DNA of 22,489 nucleotides from a virus (Duplodnaviria; Heunggongvirae; Uroviricota; Caudoviricetes): IMG/VR virus record IMGVR_UViG_2778261450_000009, positions 1 to 22,489 of that record; one strand, 5' to 3'. Shown piece by piece: positions 15,649 to 22,489 of this stretch (position 1 is its first letter; each line of letters starts with the position of its first letter). The notes under the pieces were generated by a model. It saw only the letters and a program-made list of their open reading frames with translations, ran no database searches and was not told where the DNA came from. The position numbers and the translations under genes were made by a program.

Positions 15649-16338
15649 ATGAAGAACGTCAAAAACACGGAAAATCGAATAGCCGCGATGCTGAAAGCAA
15701 AAGGATGGACTCAGGCTCAACTGGCCCGCAAGTTAGGTGTGAGTGCGCAATCAGTGCAGTACTGGACAACAGGAAAAACATTTCCACGGAGTGATAAGCT
15801 CGCGCATTTATCAGAGATTAGCGGTTATCCACAATCCTGGTTCTTAGGTGAAGACTCCTCACCAACCTTTTCCTCGCAAGAGAAACACCAGACAAGAACA
15901 GATAGCGTCGTGTTTAATGTCCTTGATGTTGAGTTTAGTTGCGGTGATGGAACTCATGTCCGTGGTGACTTGATAGATGTAGTGCGCTCAATAGAACTTG
16001 ATCCTGAATATGCCCGACGTCTTGTTGGAAATCGGGCATTCAAAAATATAGAAATAGGTAACGCCAGAGGAGACAGTATGGCTCCCACAATCTCACCTGG
16101 CGACCTTCTTTTTCTTGATAAGACAGTAACTTATTTTGATGGCGATGGTATTTATGCATTTTGTTTTGATGGAGAATGCTACGTGAAAAGGCTTCAAAAA
16201 ATTGGAAGCAAAATCATGGTGTTATCTGATAACCCCAATTATCAACCATGGAGCATCGAAAAAGAGGGTTTAGCTCTGCTTTATATCCAGTCTAAAGTGA
16301 TCTCATCTGTACCATTCAATATAAACAGATTTGGTTAG
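15649..16338 (+). CDS. cI: CI-type prophage repressor (N-terminal HTH, C-terminal S24 LexA-like autopeptidase)
   Basis: N-terminal HTH (GWTQAQLARKLGVSAQSVQYW); C-terminal GDSMAPTISPGDLL (Ser nucleophile) and YVKRL (Lys). Confidence 0.85.
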   Translation: MKNVKNTENRIAAMLKAKGWTQAQLARKLGVSAQSVQYWTTGKTFPRSDKLAHLSEISGYPQSWFLGEDSSPTFSSQEKHQTRTDSVVFNVLDVEFSCGDGTHVRGDLIDVVRSIELDPEYARRLVGNRAFKNIEIGNARGDSMAPTISPGDLLFLDKTVTYFDGDGIYAFCFDGECYVKRLQKIGSKIMVLSDNPNYQPWSIEKEGLALLYIQSKVISSVPFNINRFG

Positions 16339-16350
16339 TCTTTGATTTTA

Positions 16351-16372
16351 ACGGGCTTTGCCCGTTTTTTTC
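16351..16372 (+). terminator. Rho-independent terminator immediately after cI
   Basis: CGGGC-ttt-GCCCG followed by TTTTTTT. Confidence 0.7.
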
Positions 16373-16401
16373 TGCCTAAAATACACGATATCAATTTTTT
16401 C

Positions 16402-16430
16402 TTGACAGCCTATTTCGCAAAGCATAATAT
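16402..16430 (+). promoter_or_regulatory. Near-consensus sigma70 promoter (TTGACA, 17-bp spacer, TAATAT) driving the operon after cI
   Basis: Read directly: TTGACA at 16402-16407, 17-nt spacer, TAATAT at 16425-16430. Confidence 0.6.
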
Positions 16431-16483
16431 CGCACCATCAACTATAACTTGATTTGATTCAATTTAAAATTGTTGGTGGGTAT

Positions 16484-16945
16484 ATGAAGACACTAAACGC
16501 AACTCCAGAAACAACTAATTTTATCAACTGCGGCTGTGTTACGCTTGAAGGCTTAGAACTTGATTCCTTTGCATTAAATATTGCAAATTTGCTAAGTGCT
16601 GTACGCACATTCCATCTTCTTGATTGTGCTCGCTCAAAGGAACTAGGCATTGAGGTAATGGAATTTATCCATGAATATGCTCTATCTGCGGCTTCTCCTG
16701 CACGACAAAAACAATCCTTCCCTAAAAGCTGGCTGGTTAACCTTCACACCCAACGCGAAGCCTGCGGCTTAACAACCGCCGAACTCGCCAGGCTGCTCGA
16801 TCTCGATGAAGAAATCATCATCCAGTGGGAGAGCGGAGAGTATGAACCAACTATCAGTATGCTTATCCCACTGGCAAATATTCTTGGCTGCGATCCGATG
16901 TGGCTGTTAACTGGTAAACCAACAGGTGGGGATACTTGCGCATGA
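16484..16945 (+). CDS. Two-domain protein: N-terminal uncharacterised domain fused to a C-terminal XRE-type HTH domain
   Basis: ATG at 16484 with GGTGGG RBS. C-terminal CGLTTAELARLLDLDEEIIIQWESGEYEPTISMLIPLANILGCDPMWLL is an XRE-like HTH. The N-terminal domain (LEGLELDSFALNIANLLSAVRTFHLL...LGIEVMEFIHEYALSAA) is paralogous to part of ORF 17522..17887. Confidence 0.65.
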   Translation: MKTLNATPETTNFINCGCVTLEGLELDSFALNIANLLSAVRTFHLLDCARSKELGIEVMEFIHEYALSAASPARQKQSFPKSWLVNLHTQREACGLTTAELARLLDLDEEIIIQWESGEYEPTISMLIPLANILGCDPMWLLTGKPTGGDTCA

Positions 16946-17184
16946 AAAACTGTGATGCTTACCACATATGTCTCATTGGTGAATTGCTTGATTGCATACA
17001 AAAAAGCGCTGAGCGCAATAATAAAAATATAACATACGGTAATCTGGCAATAATTTCAGAGGATATTAAGAGCATCGCTCTTAAATTCAAGAGCGATGCG
17101 AACATTGACGACACTATTTACGCTTATCTTGCGAAAATAGTTGACGGATCCAAAAACCAGCCTCTGGATGAGGACCGTCAGTAA
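16942..17184 (+). CDS. Hypothetical protein (80 aa), translationally coupled to the HTH-fusion gene
   Basis: ATG overlaps the upstream stop (ATGA). The ORF-track start is TTG at 16936. Confidence 0.55.
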   Translation: MKNCDAYHICLIGELLDCIQKSAERNNKNITYGNLAIISEDIKSIALKFKSDANIDDTIYAYLAKIVDGSKNQPLDEDRQ

Positions 17185-17350
17185 AAAATTCATTTGATGA
17201 ACATGAGAAGTGCTTCATAAAATTTACTTTATCTTCTGGTGAAACCACCTGACGAATTAATGCAGAGATAGCGACTTTGTGCCACATTAATTCTTTTTTG
17301 AGCGCTGAAATTTCTTTTTCAAGTTGCTCTTCGTTAATCATTTTATCCTC
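17114..17350 (-). CDS. Hypothetical protein (78 aa) on the opposite strand, convergent and overlapping the 3' end of 16942..17184
   Basis: ATG at 17350 preceded by GGAGGA; N-terminal coiled-coil-like sequence (MINEEQLEKEISALKKEL...). The 71-nt convergent overlap makes it uncertain. Confidence 0.35.
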   Translation of the reverse strand, partial: EDKMINEEQLEKEISALKKELMWHKVAISALIRQVVSPEDKVNFMKHFSCSSNEFFTDGPHPEAGFWIRQLFSQDKRK

Positions 17351-17521
17351 CATTGAGAGCTGAATTGTAAATGGAGACCAACACGCGGCTACGTGTGGTC
17401 GTGCGCCGGACACGGATAAGCATCCGGTAACTAATTATCAATCATTGAGGAAACAGTCTCAATATGAAAACACTTCTGAGACTCGCTATATAGCAGAACA
17501 TATAAGTCAGCTGAGGAAGCC

Positions 17522-17887
17522 ATGAAAAAGTTCGAAAACATAACTGTTCTCCATGTTGATGACTTTGATTATGCAAACCAGGAATATCTCCCGGAGGTTG
17601 TAAAGGCAATAGATGTAGCCGATATAGTGATTAGAGGAAAGAGAATTGTCAAAAACAGGCTCGCATGCACTTCAGGAGCAATGACAGAAACAACCTCACA
17701 ACAAGATGATTATGAAGGCATTTGTCTGGAGCCTGATTCATTTGCGGTAAATATTTATCATTTATTGCATGCAACACAGGTATTACATATGTCCAGTAAT
17801 CACGAAACAAAAGTACTTGGCAGCGAAATTCTGAATTTTGCATGTGAATATGCAAAAGCTGCTGCCGAAAAAGAATTAGCGCAATAA
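17522..17887 (+). CDS. Hypothetical protein (121 aa) carrying a paralogue of the N-terminal domain of the HTH-fusion protein
   Basis: CLEPDSFAVNIYHLLHATQVLHMSSNHETKVLGSEILNFACEYAKAAAEK aligns with the 16484..16945 N-domain at roughly one third identity by eye. GAGGAAG RBS. Confidence 0.6.
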   Translation: MKKFENITVLHVDDFDYANQEYLPEVVKAIDVADIVIRGKRIVKNRLACTSGAMTETTSQQDDYEGICLEPDSFAVNIYHLLHATQVLHMSSNHETKVLGSEILNFACEYAKAAAEKELAQ

Positions 17888-18083
17888 CAATAAATATTCA
17901 CTGAATGTTTATTACGGTTTTATCGCCGGGGATTGTTGCAACCTTTATTCGCAGGAGATTATGTTATGACTTTCCTGAAACATAAGGCATCGTATAAAAC
18001 TGCCTGCCTCATTGCACAACATGGAGATTCTTATCTTCATATAGCCAACCTGTATTTGCGCAAAGCATATGGGAGATAAATAA

Positions 18084-18272
18084 ATGAAAGAAAAACAACA
18101 GAACATAACACATAAAAAAGTAAGAGTGTTGCTAACCATTGAAAATGGTGAAGTAATTTACCAAAAACATCTGTTGGATAATGAATTCGTTGGCTGCATG
18201 GATACATTTCTGTGGATGGCAAAAAGAGCTGGCTACACGATTATTCCACCAGCAAAGGAGCAAACATTATGA
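18084..18272 (+). CDS. Hypothetical small protein (62 aa)
   Basis: GGGAG RBS; its stop overlaps the start of the next gene (ATGA). Confidence 0.5.
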   Translation: MKEKQQNITHKKVRVLLTIENGEVIYQKHLLDNEFVGCMDTFLWMAKRAGYTIIPPAKEQTL

Positions 18273-18850
18273 ATCATTCAGATTTCCGACCAGAAGTTAC
18301 GCCACATGGCATAAAAATTGGCAATACAACCATTAATTTTGTTGATGCCGTACAGCGACTTAATGATGGTGAATACGACAATCCATACTGGCACGGCTTA
18401 AGAATCATGCAATGTATTGCTGAAGCCGATGATGCCGGATTCCTGGGAAGATTTTCAGTCGATATGAAGGTTGCTCAATGGCGCTGGCTGTATGTGGCAA
18501 CGTTTATCAGTGAAGAGGAAAACAAGAACGGCACCATTGATATCCCTAACGATAACGGAACCACAGATCACGCAGTTATTTATAAGGGAAAGCATGGTTG
18601 TATAAGTATATACCCGGGGCCACTTCGCATTGCCCTGCAAAACCATGTTGAATGGGGATTTATTGAAAAATATGGCGAAGCTGAAGGCATGGGGAGAGTT
18701 CTGTTTCTCTATCAAAAAATGCTCATCGCAGATCCTGATAATGGTTTCATTCTCTCTGCTATGGGGCGCGAAGGGCTTGAACTCCTTCTGGATGAAATGA
18801 TTAACGACCTGAATACTCATGGTATGCCAGAAGCGCCAGTGACACATTAA
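18269..18850 (+). CDS. Hypothetical protein (193 aa), translationally coupled to the 62-aa gene
   Basis: ATG at 18269 with AAGGAG RBS. The ORF-track version starts upstream at 18212. No recognised motif. Confidence 0.6.
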   Translation: MNHSDFRPEVTPHGIKIGNTTINFVDAVQRLNDGEYDNPYWHGLRIMQCIAEADDAGFLGRFSVDMKVAQWRWLYVATFISEEENKNGTIDIPNDNGTTDHAVIYKGKHGCISIYPGPLRIALQNHVEWGFIEKYGEAEGMGRVLFLYQKMLIADPDNGFILSAMGREGLELLLDEMINDLNTHGMPEAPVTH

Positions 18851-19026
18851 ATATTAAGAAGACTATAATTCTTCCATTTTTTACTAACCGTTTATATGAA
18901 AAGCAACCGTGAATTAAACAGAGTAAAACTGATTTTAATCCTTGCCACAGTGCTTACACTAACAGAAATCATTATTCTCTTTATTGCGCTGTCAGTCGGT
19001 TAAAAATATCGGGATACCACAGACCA

Positions 19027-19215
19027 ATGAGACTGTATTTCACAATAGTAATTTTACTGGCAATTATCGCATGCATTTACGGATTACTTGTTCCGTTCCT
19101 TATATCCATGAAGGATACGATAGCAGTTATTTCTGGCTTTGCACTGGCGTTTCTGACCCCGCCCTGCATTTATGCCATTTACAAGGGGCTTTCTTTCACT
19201 AAGGATAAAAGATGA
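19027..19215 (+). CDS. Small integral membrane protein (62 aa, 2 predicted TM segments) coupled to the SPFH gene
   Basis: MRLYFTIVILLAIIACIYGLLVPFLISMKDTIAVISGFALAFLTPPCIYAIYKG; its stop overlaps the SPFH start (ATGA). Confidence 0.5.
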   Translation: MRLYFTIVILLAIIACIYGLLVPFLISMKDTIAVISGFALAFLTPPCIYAIYKGLSFTKDKR

Positions 19216-20039
19216 AAAAAATTATTTTTGCTTTAGCCATTGTTCTGCCGACAATTGGCCTTGTCGGTTGCGATCGCGTTGAACCAGGTAATGTTGGCAT
19301 CAAGGTAAATAAACTGGGCGACGACAAAGGCGTCGGTGAGGTGGTCGGTGTTGGTCGCTACTGGACTGGCTGGAATACTGAAGTTTATATCTTCCCCACC
19401 TTCAAACAAATGAAGACCTACGATGAACCGTTCAGTTTCCAGATGAGTGACGGTACAACCATCGGCTATCACATCGGTGTGGCCTACAAAGTTGATCCAT
19501 CCAAAGTTACCACGGTGTTTCAGACCTACCGCAAAGGCGTGGATGACATTACCGACACTGACCTGCGCCAGAAGATCGCCGACGCACTCAACCGACTGGC
19601 CAGCAAAATGACCACTGACAAATTTATCGACGGCGGCAAGTCTGAACTACTGGATGCCGCACTTAAAGACATTCAGGAAGAGATGACACCCATCGGCATT
19701 CAGGTAATGAGCCTCTCTTATGTAGGTAAACCGGAATACCCTCCAACCGTTATCGACAGCATTAACGCCAAAGTCACGGCAAACCAGAAAACCCTGCAGC
19801 GCGAACAGGAAGTCAAGCAACGTGAAGCGGAGGCCAACATGCTACGTGCGGAAGCTGCCGGACAGGCTGATGCCATTCGAACAAAAGCCCAGGCAGAAGC
19901 CGATGCCATTCGTTTACGCGGCGAAGCTCTACGCCAGAACCCAGGCGTCATGGAGCTGGAAGCCATCAACAAGTGGAACGGTACACTGCCGCAATACATG
20001 ACCAGTGGTGCCAATACACCATTTATCCAGATTAAATAA
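19212..20039 (+). CDS. SPFH / band-7 (stomatin-prohibitin-HflK/C family) lipoprotein
   Basis: Lipoprotein signal with lipobox LVGC; an SPFH-like core followed by a C-terminal Ala/Glu-rich coiled coil (REAEANMLRAEAAGQADAIRTKAQAEADAIRLRGEAL). AAGGA RBS. Confidence 0.75.
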   Translation: MKKIIFALAIVLPTIGLVGCDRVEPGNVGIKVNKLGDDKGVGEVVGVGRYWTGWNTEVYIFPTFKQMKTYDEPFSFQMSDGTTIGYHIGVAYKVDPSKVTTVFQTYRKGVDDITDTDLRQKIADALNRLASKMTTDKFIDGGKSELLDAALKDIQEEMTPIGIQVMSLSYVGKPEYPPTVIDSINAKVTANQKTLQREQEVKQREAEANMLRAEAAGQADAIRTKAQAEADAIRLRGEALRQNPGVMELEAINKWNGTLPQYMTSGANTPFIQIK

Positions 20040-20044
20040 CTTAT

Positions 20045-20067
20045 ATGCCCGGCAGGCCGCCGGGCAT
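20045..20067 (+). repeat. Perfect 9-bp-stem hairpin (ATGCCCGGC-aggcc-GCCGGGCAT) immediately 3' of the SPFH gene, with no U-tract
   Basis: Read directly from the sequence. Confidence 0.5.
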
Positions 20068-20079
20068 AGGGAAATGCAG

Positions 20080-20451
20080 ATGAACACCCAGAATACTCAA
20101 CCGCAAATAATGAACTATGACCCGAATCTGACGTCATGCGGACGCATGGCAAACCAAACCGTTCGATTAACTTTCGGACTATGGGAATACCGCGAAACAT
20201 TCGAAGTTACTGTCGGCGGCAATCTGACCGGACTGGATGTTATCAGTTGCGCTATTGAAAGCCTGTACGCAACGCTGCCTTATGAAGAAGTCAAGGATGA
20301 GCGCACAGGGGAAACAGATATCATGGCCACCATTAATATTGGCGAACTGATATGTCAGGATGAAGACCTGTCCGGAGAACTCTGGCTTGCCGGGATGCTT
20401 ATCTCAGCAGAAATTATCAGTATTGAACCCGCTACAAACATACGGCTCTGA
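20080..20451 (+). CDS. Hypothetical protein (about 123 aa)
   Basis: ATG at 20080 (MNTQNTQPQIMNYDPN...) with GGGAA upstream. The ORF-track version is longer (from 20005). Confidence 0.5.
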   Translation: MNTQNTQPQIMNYDPNLTSCGRMANQTVRLTFGLWEYRETFEVTVGGNLTGLDVISCAIESLYATLPYEEVKDERTGETDIMATINIGELICQDEDLSGELWLAGMLISAEIISIEPATNIRL

Positions 20452-20482
20452 AGTTCTCACTATTCAGAGAGCAGGAGAAAAA

Positions 20483-20725
20483 ATGTTTGCTTTGATTAAT
20501 CAGGGACAACTGTATACCGACAGTGCCGGTTACCCGGTAAAAATTATTCGCTGCATAAATAACACCGTGTTGTACAGAAGAATGGATGGGCGAACACAAT
20601 CGGTAAAAATGAACGATTTTAATGAATCGTTTGAACGGATCGATCACCAGGAATACCGACAAATTCTGGCAGAAACAGAGCAGGAAGCTCATCTGAAAAA
20701 ATTACGAGCCATGAAAAGGAAGTAG
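20483..20725 (+). CDS. Hypothetical protein (80 aa)
   Basis: ATG at 20483 preceded by AGGAG (MFALINQGQLYTDSAGYPVKIIR...). Confidence 0.5.
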   Translation: MFALINQGQLYTDSAGYPVKIIRCINNTVLYRRMDGRTQSVKMNDFNESFERIDHQEYRQILAETEQEAHLKKLRAMKRK

Positions 20726-20728
20726 CGA

Positions 20729-20875
20729 ATGAATAAAGCGTTTGAGCTATGGGTACGCCAGCGTTACGGCAATCGTTATGACCTGACGCGAGATGTTGAC
20801 GGTTTCTACTGCCGTGAAGTTGTGAAACGAATGTTTGAAGTGTGGTGCCACTGCCGTGGGCTGAGTGTTGTGTGA
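20729..20875 (+). CDS. Candidate 48-aa protein
   Basis: Not in the ORF track. AAGGAAG RBS then MNKAFELWVRQRYGNRYDLTRDVDGFYCREVVKRMFEVWCHCRGLSVV; ends 8 nt before the xis-like start. Confidence 0.35.
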   Translation: MNKAFELWVRQRYGNRYDLTRDVDGFYCREVVKRMFEVWCHCRGLSVV

Positions 20876-20883
20876 GGTAATAC

Positions 20884-21120
20884 ATGGGCAATGTGATTCA
20901 ACTGGCTCCCAATGAATGGGTTTGTGAAAGCGTTCTTATCGCAATTACCGGGCTCAAACCTGGCACAATTCTCCGAGCCCGGAAAGAATGCTGGATGGTA
21001 GGAAGAGAGTATATTCACGTATCGCCAGACGGTAATCCAAAACCTTCCAGTGAATGTATGTATAACAGAAAAGCAATAGATGCCTGGGTCTCTTCAATGA
21101 AAAACAAACAACCTGGGTGA
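20884..21120 (+). CDS. xis: Excisionase-like protein
   Basis: 78 aa, directly upstream of the integrase, with GAGGTAA RBS. Resembles the small excisionase-like proteins (YdaQ-type) of E. coli cryptic prophages by recall. Confidence 0.55.
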   Translation: MGNVIQLAPNEWVCESVLIAITGLKPGTILRARKECWMVGREYIHVSPDGNPKPSSECMYNRKAIDAWVSSMKNKQPG

Positions 21121-21175
21121 TTTAATACCATGAAATATGTAAGCTCGTATCGCTCTTGGGCGTCTGGAGGTATCA

Positions 21176-22489
21176 ATGGATAAAGTCAAATATCCAACAG
21201 GCGTCGAAAACCACGGCGGCACATTACGCATCTGGTTTAATTTTAAAGGTAAACGTGTCAGGGAAAATCTTGGTGTCCCTGACACTGTCAAGAACAGGAA
21301 GATCGCCGGAGAGCTGCGGACATCTGTATGTTTTGCCATTCGTACAGGAAACTTTGATTATGCTGCGCAGTTCCCTGACTCTCCTAACCTCAAGGCTTTT
21401 GGGGTAAATAAAAAAGAAATTACGGTGAAAGAACTTGAAGAAAAGTGGCTGGATCTGAAACGCATGGAAATCTCTGCAAATGCATTCAATCGCTATAAAT
21501 CCGTTGCAAGAACGATGGTTCCGAAAATTGGAGGTAGCAGACTGGTGTCAACGGTGACCAAAGAGGAATTGCTGTATATCAGGAAAGATTTGCTGACCGG
21601 ATACCAAAATCCAACAAAAGGTAAAGCTCCAGTAAAAGGACGAAGCGTTGTCACAGTAAATTATTACATGACGACAATCGCTGGAATGTTCCAGTTTGCT
21701 GCAGATCACGGTTACTTAGAAGCAAATCCCTTCGAGAGAATTAAGCCTCTTAAAAAAGCCAGGGCAGAGCCAGATCCGCTAACTCGTGACGAATTTATTC
21801 GCCTGATAGATGCTTGCCGGCATCAGCAGACAAAAAACCTGTGGTCATTGGCTGTGTACACAGGAATGCGTCATGGTGAACTGGTCTCCCTGGCCTGGGA
21901 AGATATCGATCTGAAAGCAGGAACAATTACTATCAGGCGCAATTATACGAAACTCGGTGAGTTCACTCTACCTAAAACTGAAGCAAGTACAAACAGGGTT
22001 GTGCATCTTATCCAGCCCGCTATCAGTGTCCTGAAAAATCAGGCTGAAATGACAAGACTGGGTAAGCAGCACCACATCAAGGTGCAACTACGTGAATATG
22101 GACGTTCAGTGAATCATGAATGTACTTTCGTATTTAACCCCCAGGTGGTTAGAAAAAGCAAACAGGTAGGTTTTATCTACAAGGTAGATTCCATTGGCGA
22201 CTCATGGGAAACAGCCATTAAGCGTGCTGGCATCAGGTATCGAAAGGCATACCAGTCACGACACACTTATGCGTGCTGGTCATTATCTGCCGGAGCAAAT
22301 CCAAGCTTCATTGCCAGCCAGATGGGCCATGCAAGTGCCCAGATGGTGTTCAATGTATACGGAGCATGGATGACTGACAGCAATGCAGAACAGATCGCCA
22401 TGCTGAATCAGAAGCTGGCAGATTATGTCCCAATGATGTCCCATAGTCACCAAAGTGACACAAGAGGTCTATTAAAATCAGTAAGTTAG
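21176..22489 (+). CDS. int: Tyrosine-type site-specific integrase (phage integrase family)
   Basis: 437 aa with GGAGG RBS and a TAG stop at the last three bases of the window. N-terminal SAM-like and C-terminal catalytic-domain pattern (RHGELVSLAWEDIDL...HTYACWSLSAGANPSFIASQMGHASAQMVFNVYGAW). Confidence 0.88.
   Translation: MDKVKYPTGVENHGGTLRIWFNFKGKRVRENLGVPDTVKNRKIAGELRTSVCFAIRTGNFDYAAQFPDSPNLKAFGVNKKEITVKELEEKWLDLKRMEISANAFNRYKSVARTMVPKIGGSRLVSTVTKEELLYIRKDLLTGYQNPTKGKAPVKGRSVVTVNYYMTTIAGMFQFAADHGYLEANPFERIKPLKKARAEPDPLTRDEFIRLIDACRHQQTKNLWSLAVYTGMRHGELVSLAWEDIDLKAGTITIRRNYTKLGEFTLPKTEASTNRVVHLIQPAISVLKNQAEMTRLGKQHHIKVQLREYGRSVNHECTFVFNPQVVRKSKQVGFIYKVDSIGDSWETAIKRAGIRYRKAYQSRHTYACWSLSAGANPSFIASQMGHASAQMVFNVYGAWMTDSNAEQIAMLNQKLADYVPMMSHSHQSDTRGLLKSVS

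Noticed and set aside
17945-18222. Minus-strand ORFs of 64 and 61 aa
   Set aside because: They overlap plus-strand genes that have RBSs, and are Cys/Phe-rich and low-complexity.

Overview
This window reads as one lambdoid (lambda-like) prophage in reverse orientation to the conventional lambda map, running from the packaging end to the integrase end. All calls were made by reading the sequence and from recalled protein families; no database search, HMM or composition calculation was run. Left to right: a near-complete lambda-type terminase small subunit Nu1 (minus strand, running off the window start) and a cos site (cosB R-sites plus a variant cosN); several small minus-strand genes separated by intrinsic terminators, including a small membrane protein plus lipoprotein pair; a lysis cassette of two membrane proteins and an M15-peptidase endolysin; a terminator-bracketed insert carrying a TerB-like protein, an unknown protein, a 550-bp ORF-poor structured region and an orphan beta-class DNA methyltransferase; an NmpC/Lc-type porin gene convergent with the antiterminator Q; a replication module (DnaB-type helicase, DnaC-type loader, O-like initiator with internal iteron origin); Rha, Lar/RalR-family and ORF6N-antirepressor genes; a divergent cro-like/cI immunity switch; then about 4.5 kb of plus-strand accessory genes of unknown function before excisionase and a complete tyrosine integrase. 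The most likely place for an undescribed system is that accessory region: directly after cI, in the position lambda uses for rexAB, sits a terminator-insulated operon with its own consensus sigma70 promoter encoding a novel-domain/HTH fusion protein and an 80-aa partner, with a truncated paralogue of the novel domain nearby, followed by a coupled 62/193-aa pair and a small-membrane-protein/SPFH-lipoprotein pair. No classical N, cII, cIII or Red recombination genes were recognised. Many start codons are ambiguous because the ORF track admits TTG/GTG starts.
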